42,351 nt of DNA from an uncultured bacterium (lineage in GTDB: Bacteria > Patescibacteriota > Patescibacteriia > JAXHNJ01): positions 1-42,351 of the forward strand of contig CBDUSL010000001.1 in assembly GCA_965370265.1 (NCBI GenBank), read 5' to 3'. The translations under genes were made by a program, and so were the position numbers. The notes beneath the pieces are model-generated. The model worked only from the letters and a program-made list of their open reading frames with translations. It did no database searches and was not told the origin of the DNA. Position 1 is the stretch's first letter. The number at the start of each line of letters is the position of its first letter. Below, piece by piece: positions 38,390 through 42,351 of the stretch.

Positions 38390-38418
38390 ATTATAGAAAA
38401 ATTCCCCGAATAAATCAA
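38390..38418 (-). promoter_or_regulatory. putative alaS promoter with leaderless geometry
   Basis: Minus strand reads TTGATT, a 17-nt spacer, then TATAAT, then exactly 6 nt (GATATA) before the ATG at 38383. Confidence 0.45.
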
Positions 38419-38466
38419 TCAATAAAACATTTGACAAATTTAATAAAAGAGATAAGAATAAAAGGG

Positions 38467-38705
38467 CGGAAATTATGTGTTCTTAAAAAACTCTTTTTTA
38501 TTGATAACCCTGCTAAAAGGGTCAGACCGGTGGTTTCTCCTGGATTTTTGGAGTTTTTTGAGCGTATAATCCGCAAATTTTGGTCAAAGCAAGCCGTTCG
38601 GTTGATTATAAATTCGTAGAACTTTGTTATGAAATTTGGACCAGGAGAAACCTTTTTGTTTCTTTTCGTTAAAAGCGGAGATCATTGATCTCCGCTATTT
38701 TTTTA
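38467..38705 (+). ncRNA. candidate plus-strand small RNA of unknown class between alaS and mnmA
   Basis: Possible promoter TTGACA (38431-38436), a 17-nt spacer, then AAGAAT. A perfect 12-bp long-range pairing joins GGTTTCTCCTGG (38532-38543) to CCAGGAGAAACC (38641-38652), and an inner 7-bp pair TATAATC/GATTATA is present. The region ends in a strong terminator with ATTTTTTTATT. Confidence 0.3.
38674..38705. terminator. bidirectional intrinsic terminator (mnmA on minus, candidate sRNA on plus)
   Basis: 10-bp perfect stem AGCGGAGATC / GATCTCCGCT with a 3-nt loop. A T7 tract follows on the plus strand and TTTT on the minus strand, and the stem includes the mnmA TAG stop. Confidence 0.65.
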
Positions 38706-39723
38706 TTATTCCTCCCCCAATTAAAGTATTCCCCTGATAAAAGACACAAGACTGTCCGGGAGTTAAAGCTCTTTGAGGTTGTTTAAAATCAACAATTACC
38801 TTTTTATTTACTTTTTTTACTAACGCCCGAGAGCCAGGATGACGATATCGGGGTTTTACGTTAGCTTTAAAAGGAAATTTTATTTCTTTCAAAAAATTTG
38901 TCTTTATTAGTTCACAAGTTTTTTTATTAAGAGCCAGGTCTTTCTTTTTATTGGTTACATAAAGAATGTTACGGGTGGGATTTTTTTCAACCACGTACCA
39001 GGGCCCGTGGCTAAGGCCCATTCCGCCTCTCTGGCCAAGGGTGTAGAAATAAACCCCCGAGTGAAGGCCAAGTTCTTTTTTAGTATTAATATCAATAATT
39101 TTTCCTTTTTTTTCTGATAAGTTTTTTTTCAAAAAAGAAACAGCAGAACCGGGAATAAAACAAACTTCCTGGGAACTTTTGTAATCTTTGCCCATTAAAG
39201 AATTAGCTTGGGCAATTTTTTTGACATCATTGTAAGATAAGTTACCCAGCGGGAAAATTATATTTTTTAAATGATTTTTATTTATACCCCAGAGAAAATA
39301 AGACTGGTCTTTTCCCATATCTTTGGCCTTGCTTAAAACATATTCATTTTGTCTTTTCAATATCCTGGCGTAATGGCCGGTGGCAATAAAGTCAGCCTTT
39401 TTCTTTTTAGCTCTTTTATAAAACTCGCCAAACTTAATCAAACGGTTACACAAAACACAGGGATTGGGGGTGTTGCCTTTTTTATATTGATTAATAAAAT
39501 CAGCGATAATTTGTTTTTTAAACTCTTTTTTAAAATCCCAGACTTCAAAGGGAATATTAAGAGATTTAGCCACTTGAGCCGCTTTTTTATGATTACTAAA
39601 TTTATGAGGGGTAAAAAAAACTCCTCTCACCTGAAAACCCTGCTTTTTTAAAAGCCAGGCGGCCACGCTGGAATCCCGTCCGCCTGACAGGGCGATAATT
39701 ACTTTTTTACCTTTTGTTTTCAT
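38695..39723 (-). CDS. mnmA: tRNA-specific 2-thiouridylase MnmA
   Basis: PP-loop VIIALSGGRDSSVAA, NPCV.CN, DQSYFL, and the C-terminal PGQSCVFYQG..IGGGII. Confidence 0.9.
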   Translation of the reverse strand: MKTKGKKVIIALSGGRDSSVAAWLLKKQGFQVRGVFFTPHKFSNHKKAAQVAKSLNIPFEVWDFKKEFKKQIIADFINQYKKGNTPNPCVLCNRLIKFGEFYKRAKKKKADFIATGHYARILKRQNEYVLSKAKDMGKDQSYFLWGINKNHLKNIIFPLGNLSYNDVKKIAQANSLMGKDYKSSQEVCFIPGSAVSFLKKNLSEKKGKIIDINTKKELGLHSGVYFYTLGQRGGMGLSHGPWYVVEKNPTRNILYVTNKKKDLALNKKTCELIKTNFLKEIKFPFKANVKPRYRHPGSRALVKKVNKKVIVDFKQPQRALTPGQSCVFYQGNTLIGGGIIKK

Positions 39724-39729
39724 GGTTTA

Positions 39730-39738
39730 ATTATAACA
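39730..39738 (-). promoter_or_regulatory. extended -10 promoter of mnmA with leaderless geometry
   Basis: Minus strand reads TGTTATAAT, then exactly 6 nt (TAAACC), then the ATG at 39723. Confidence 0.45.
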
Positions 39739-39761
39739 AAATTAGCTTAAAAAATCCTCTC

Positions 39762-39790
39762 TTGACATTTTCATAAATATAAACTATTAT
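39762..39790 (+). promoter_or_regulatory. near-consensus promoter of the 130-aa orphan gene
   Basis: TTGACA, a 17-nt spacer, then TATTAT. An AAGGAG SD at 39813-39818 lies just upstream of the ATG at 39821. Confidence 0.6.
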
Positions 39791-39820
39791 CACAGGTCAG
39801 CTCATTTTACGAAAGGAGAG

Positions 39821-40213
39821 ATGATGTCTTTTGAAAGAATGAAAGAGGCAAAACTGGAGGGGTATCGCGGACCTCTTTTTCCCACGGGTATTGATGACCT
39901 CAATAAGGCTTTCCGGGATACGCCGATCAATGAGTTTTGCTGGCTTGAGGAAACAGTAAGATATTTGTCGTCGTACGTCGGCGTTACTCGTCCGCAAACA
40001 TCTGACGGCTACCATTGGTTCGTGGCCATTACCTTGAATGCCAAAAATGGCTTTTTAGTAGTTGCTTTCCCGCACAAACCAACCAGCCGTTCGATTGCTT
40101 TCTACTTTCAGGGGGATGTTACCCCCGAAGAAATAAAAGAGGTAGTTGAAAAACTGACCGCTCATATCGGTCAAATTCCATATGTTGTGGGTCAACCAAA
40201 GCACATTCGTTAA
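39821..40213 (+). CDS. hypothetical soluble protein (130 aa), no recognisable family
   Basis: ORF with a consensus promoter, a strong SD and its own terminator. G+C is visibly higher than in the flanking genes. Confidence 0.6.
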   Translation: MMSFERMKEAKLEGYRGPLFPTGIDDLNKAFRDTPINEFCWLEETVRYLSSYVGVTRPQTSDGYHWFVAITLNAKNGFLVVAFPHKPTSRSIAFYFQGDVTPEEIKEVVEKLTAHIGQIPYVVGQPKHIR

Positions 40214-40234
40214 CTTTCTTTTCAAAACATTTGC

Positions 40235-40265
40235 GAGCAGCTTAAGAAAAAGCTGCTCTTTTTTT
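40235..40265 (+). terminator. intrinsic terminator of the 130-aa gene
   Basis: GAGCAGCTT-aagaaa-AAGCTGCTC (9 bp) followed by T7. Confidence 0.75.
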
Positions 40266-40301
40266 ATAAAAAGAAAACCCCTCTGTTCGTGAACAGAGGG
40301 G
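40266..40301 (-). terminator. intrinsic terminator of the 58-aa peptide gene
   Basis: Minus strand CCCCUCUGUU-CACG-AACAGAGGGG (10 bp) followed by UUUUCUUUUUAU. Confidence 0.7.
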
Positions 40302-40307
40302 TGGGGA

Positions 40308-40484
40308 TTACTTCGGGAGGTGAGAAGTAAGGTTTAACACACCATAGAGAAAAGCGCCGAGGCCGGCAAACATGAGAAAAGCATCCATAAACATGAAATG
40401 CTGTTTTTTGGAAGCGGGCATGAGAATAAAGAGGACGAGAAAAGCGCCGAGGCCAGTAGCTAGATAGAAGTTAAGCATGGCCAT
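40308..40484 (-). CDS. unannotated 58-aa two-helix hydrophobic peptide with internal duplication
   Basis: Hand translation gives MAMLNFYLATGLGAFLVLFILMPASKKQHFMFMDAFLMFAGLGAFLYGVLNLTSHLPK*. An AAGGA SD lies upstream and the gene has its own terminator. It falls below the ORF-track size cutoff. Confidence 0.5.
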   Translation of the reverse strand: MAMLNFYLATGLGAFLVLFILMPASKKQHFMFMDAFLMFAGLGAFLYGVLNLTSHLPK

Positions 40485-40550
40485 TTTTCCTTATATTAAT
40501 AATTAGGCCATGTGGTGGGTTTCAAAGAGCGTATAAGGAGCAGTGGTAAT

Positions 40551-40604
40551 TTAAAATTATCAAAACAGGCTTATTTTGTCAAATAAGTCTTAACTTTTTA
40601 TAAA
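40551..40604. promoter_or_regulatory. divergent promoter pair sharing a palindrome
   Basis: Palindrome CTTATTT-tgtc-AAATAAG at 40570-40587. Plus strand: TTGTCA (40576-81), 17-nt spacer, TATAAA (40599-604). Minus strand: TTGACA (40577-82), 17-nt spacer, TAATTT. Confidence 0.45.
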
Positions 40605-40610
40605 AATTCC

Positions 40611-40818
40611 TGTATTCTCTTTTTACCGCCTATAAATACTGCCAAGGAAAAAGGCTGTTGTCTCCTAACCAGGGGGAAGGAGGCGTCAATCAGGCGCCAG
40701 GCAATAACTTTTGGAATAACAGTAAAGCGGCAGGTTATTGTCGTGGAAACCAGAACTTCGGTTCTGACGATCCCTCACGAGCCCGATTCGACTATATGCT
40801 GAAAAGGGCTTTTTTTTT
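40611..40818 (+). ncRNA. candidate structured ncRNA of unknown class (about 200 nt, G+C-rich)
   Basis: The region has its own promoter. It contains a CAGAAC-UUCG-GUUCUG tetraloop hairpin (40751-40766) and a 9-bp pairing GGCAATAAC / GTTATTGTC (40700-08 with 40734-42). An SD-like GGGGGAAGGAGG (40672-83) has no start codon at a usable distance. It ends GAGCCC...GGGCTT plus T9, and no plus-strand gene lies downstream. Confidence 0.35.
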
Positions 40819-40838
40819 CGTATATGAAATAAGGCCAC

Positions 40839-40891
40839 GGATTGACAAATATTAAAATATGTATAAATAGTTATACAGGTTTTGTCAATCC
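40839..40891. repeat. nested inverted repeat at the 3' end of the membrane operon
   Basis: Perfect 11-bp arms GGATTGACAAA / TTTGTCAATCC enclose a perfect 7-bp palindrome TGTATAA-atag-TTATACA. The right arm overlaps the TGA stop of 40885..41154. Confidence 0.55.
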
Positions 40892-41154
40892 TCTTTTTTC
40901 TTTCGCCAGTGTTTTTTTTCTATATAAACCAGCCGCCACCAAAAAAACCCAAGGAAAAATCCGCCTCCGGCCCCAATAACAAGCAACCCTACCTGAAGCC
41001 AAATGGGGAGAGCGCAGGCTCCTTTGCCAAAAATTGAATTCCAATTAATATTATCTGAATATCTAATATAAAGAACTTCAATCCCTGCGTGAAGAATAAA
41101 ACTTAGAAGAATACCTAAAATGGTACTCAATAAAACATAGAATGATTTTTTCAT
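40885..41154 (-). CDS. hypothetical membrane protein (89 aa)
   Basis: Two to three hydrophobic helices and a basic C-terminus. Its start lies 1 nt after the upstream stop. Confidence 0.5.
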   Translation of the reverse strand: MKKSFYVLLSTILGILLSFILHAGIEVLYIRYSDNINWNSIFGKGACALPIWLQVGLLVIGAGGGFFLGFFWWRLVYIEKKHWRKKKED

Positions 41155-41155
41155 T

Positions 41156-41848
41156 TTAAAAAAATGAATAAACAGTTAAAGCGATCCCGCCGATAATTCC
41201 CAGATATCCCAAAACTTTTAAAACAGCCGCCGACTGGCCAACCGATTTTTCTACCTGTTCTTCAGTTTTATAGCTGATAATAAAATCCCCCTCCCCTTTC
41301 TGGATAGCCATATCCTCACTGGTTTTAACCGCCTGACCGTAAACATATACCTGCAGACCTAAAGACAAGGCTGATTCTTCGGCTCGGTAATTATCGTTGG
41401 CCACAAAGTTAAATATCTTACCCATGATTGAATCATCCGGGGATTCACCCCGCCCGATAAACTTTTCGCCAAGAGAACGTGCTTCAATTTTTGCCTTGTC
41501 GGGCAGAATTTTTACCTTTCCGGTTTCATCTTCCACAAAAAAGGGAATACTTTCTTCATCAGATTTTACCCTTTCCCAATTATGAGTAATTCTCCCCTCT
41601 TTATCTCTTTCCTCCACTTCCTTTTCCAGTTCATACTCATAGTAAACGCAGTCTTGCTTGGAAAAAGGAGTTTGAAGGGGGTTGTCCGCGGTTATTTTCC
41701 CCTGAACCTCAACCTGGTTTCCTTCAATTATTTCTTTAACCGGCCCACTTTTAGTTTTGGCCATTTCACTTTTTTTCTCTTTTTTCTTCCCGCTTAAATA
41801 AACAAAAAGCGCTCCGACGAGCAATGTTATAACTCCTGTCCAGATCAT
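41156..41848 (-). CDS. GIDE-like (PF12483-type) protein bracketed by N- and C-terminal TM helices
   Basis: 230 aa with a TM-soluble domain-TM architecture. The segment NPLQTPFSKQDCVYYEYE resembles the bacterial GIDE-family core as recalled from memory, not from a search. Confidence 0.45.
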   Translation of the reverse strand: MIWTGVITLLVGALFVYLSGKKKEKKSEMAKTKSGPVKEIIEGNQVEVQGKITADNPLQTPFSKQDCVYYEYELEKEVEERDKEGRITHNWERVKSDEESIPFFVEDETGKVKILPDKAKIEARSLGEKFIGRGESPDDSIMGKIFNFVANDNYRAEESALSLGLQVYVYGQAVKTSEDMAIQKGEGDFIISYKTEEQVEKSVGQSAAVLKVLGYLGIIGGIALTVYSFF

Positions 41849-41887
41849 AATTTTTTCTCCTTATTGTTTAATTTCGAACTATTTTAA

Positions 41888-42073
41888 TTATACGCTCTTT
41901 TTTGAATAAATGATATATTCCATAACCAGCAAAAACGATGGAAATGAAATACTTAACCAAATTTGAGTGTCGGTGCCTATTACATCAAGGCCTTTGAATA
42001 TGAAAAAAATTATCAGGCCCAAAACAAGGCTCTGAAGAATCCCGAAAATCCAAAATGCTAATTTGTCATTCAT
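41888..42073 (-). CDS. hypothetical small membrane protein (61 aa)
   Basis: Two hydrophobic helices. It is the first gene behind an extended -10 promoter. Confidence 0.45.
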   Translation of the reverse strand: MNDKLAFWIFGILQSLVLGLIIFFIFKGLDVIGTDTQIWLSISFPSFLLVMEYIIYSKKSV

Positions 42074-42095
42074 AATTTTAGTTTAATTATTAATT

Positions 42096-42103
42096 ATTAT
42101 ACA
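42096..42103 (-). promoter_or_regulatory. extended -10 promoter for the 41888..42073 operon
   Basis: Minus strand reads TGTATAAT 22 nt upstream of the ATG at 42073. Confidence 0.45.
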
Positions 42104-42150
42104 CTAATTTTTAAGTTAGGTAATAAGAAATAGTTTATTCTGCTTTATTC

Positions 42151-42351
42151 CTAACGGTAATAAGTCCGGGCATTACTAGCGGGAAAAGAGTCCGGACAAG
42201 AGCCGTCCGAGCTATAGGAAAGTTTCATCGTATAGTCATCTATTACTTTGAAATAAGCGTAGCCCGCCGGCTTAAAATAATAATTATCGGTTAGAGCATA
42301 ACAATGTTCACCGGTAATTTCAGACGGATCTTTATAAGAGTTTGTCTCGGG
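42151..42351 (-). CDS. partial CDS (C-terminal 66 aa, continues past the window end), unknown function
   Basis: An open frame runs from the window edge to the TAG at 42151-42153: PETNSYKDPSEITGEHCYALTDNYYFKPAGYAYFKVIDDYTMKLSYSSDGSCPDSFPASNARTYYR*. It is Y/D/S-rich with 2 Cys, which suggests a secreted domain. Confidence 0.4.
   Translation of the reverse strand, partial: PETNSYKDPSEITGEHCYALTDNYYFKPAGYAYFKVIDDYTMKLSYSSDGSCPDSFPASNARTYYR

Noticed and set aside
38431-38619. 62-aa plus-strand ORF in the alaS-mnmA spacer.
   Set aside because: It would start at a TTG that is itself the best -35 box, and it has no SD. The product is basic and low-complexity. The region is better treated as non-coding, a candidate sRNA.
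38384-38694. Possible T-box leader upstream of alaS on the minus strand.
   Set aside because: No T-box consensus (AANNNGGGUGGNACCRCG), no GA/K-turn motif and no specifier-loop architecture was recognisable. alaS also has its own promoter abutting the ATG.
39797-40015. 72-aa minus-strand ORF overlapping the 130-aa plus-strand gene.
   Set aside because: The plus-strand gene has a consensus promoter, SD and terminator. The minus-strand ORF has none and would run into the mnmA promoter region.
40763-40810. Hammerhead-like CUGACGA and GAAA elements, and a GAUUCGAC string reminiscent of the tmRNA 5' region.
   Set aside because: The order of the elements does not fit the hammerhead core, which requires a stem II 3' arm before GAAA. 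There is also no GGGG acceptor start or CCA-proximal T-arm for tmRNA. These are chance similarities.
40658-40855. 65-aa plus-strand ORF across the G+C-rich stretch.
   Set aside because: It starts at TTG with no SD at a usable distance and reads through a UUCG hairpin and the T9 terminator tract. Its G/N/R-rich composition is unlike the other proteins. An ncRNA is the preferred interpretation, but this remains uncertain.
1-42351. Alternative genetic code (UGA recoding as in some CPR lineages), and the presence of CRISPR arrays, tRNA or rRNA genes, IS elements or integrases.
   Set aside because: TGA clearly terminates well-supported genes, for example the ftsQ stop in the ATGA overlap at 3398-3401 and the stop at 40885. 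All conserved proteins are full-length under code 11. No repeat-spacer arrays, cloverleaf-like G+C islands, transposase-like ORFs or integrase-like ORFs were seen in any intergenic region.

Overview
The window is visibly AT-rich and very gene-dense. It looks like a reduced Candidate Phyla Radiation / Patescibacteria-type bacterial genome, an inference from short aaRS variants, pervasive 1-26 nt gene overlaps, a DUF4012-like gene and a truncated RpoA. The standard genetic code is in use, with TGA as a stop. Positions 102-35592 form one uninterrupted minus-strand array of 39 genes, described here in transcription order (right to left). It starts with a ribosomal/RNAP block, infA-rpmJ-rpsM-rpsK-rpsD-rpoA-rplQ-rplM-rpsI. 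This runs straight into a Wzx/Wzy-type glycan cluster: flippase, GT4-GT2 fusion, three GT2 genes, an O-antigen-ligase-like polymerase, a DUF4012-like ectoprotein, a second MreB paralog and a GT4. Next come holB, a 7-Asp-box lipoprotein, frr, rseP and proS, then the canonical mreB-mreC-mreD-mrdA block, then greA, lysS, an HD hydrolase and serS. The array ends with alr-ddl-ftsQ, an ArsB/NhaD-type permease, iscU, an acyltransferase-3 and two small membrane ORFs. To the right lie ispH (+), alaS (-) and mnmA (-). From about 39.76 kb to the window end is a small region with visibly higher G+C and no recognisable housekeeping genes. It holds an orphan 130-aa gene with a textbook promoter, SD and terminator, and an unannotated 58-aa internally duplicated 2-TM peptide. 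It also holds a G+C-rich candidate ncRNA, a three-gene membrane operon with a GIDE-like protein, and a partial ORF. No rRNA, tRNA, CRISPR array, transposase or integrase was found. The best leads are: (1) an MreB paralog translationally coupled to a DUF4012-like protein inside the glycan operon; (2) an RpoA whose alpha-CTD is replaced by an acidic/lysine tail ending in an AT-hook; (3) the right-hand accessory islet with its toxin-like peptide and ncRNA candidate; (4) three genes with exact leaderless promoter geometry.
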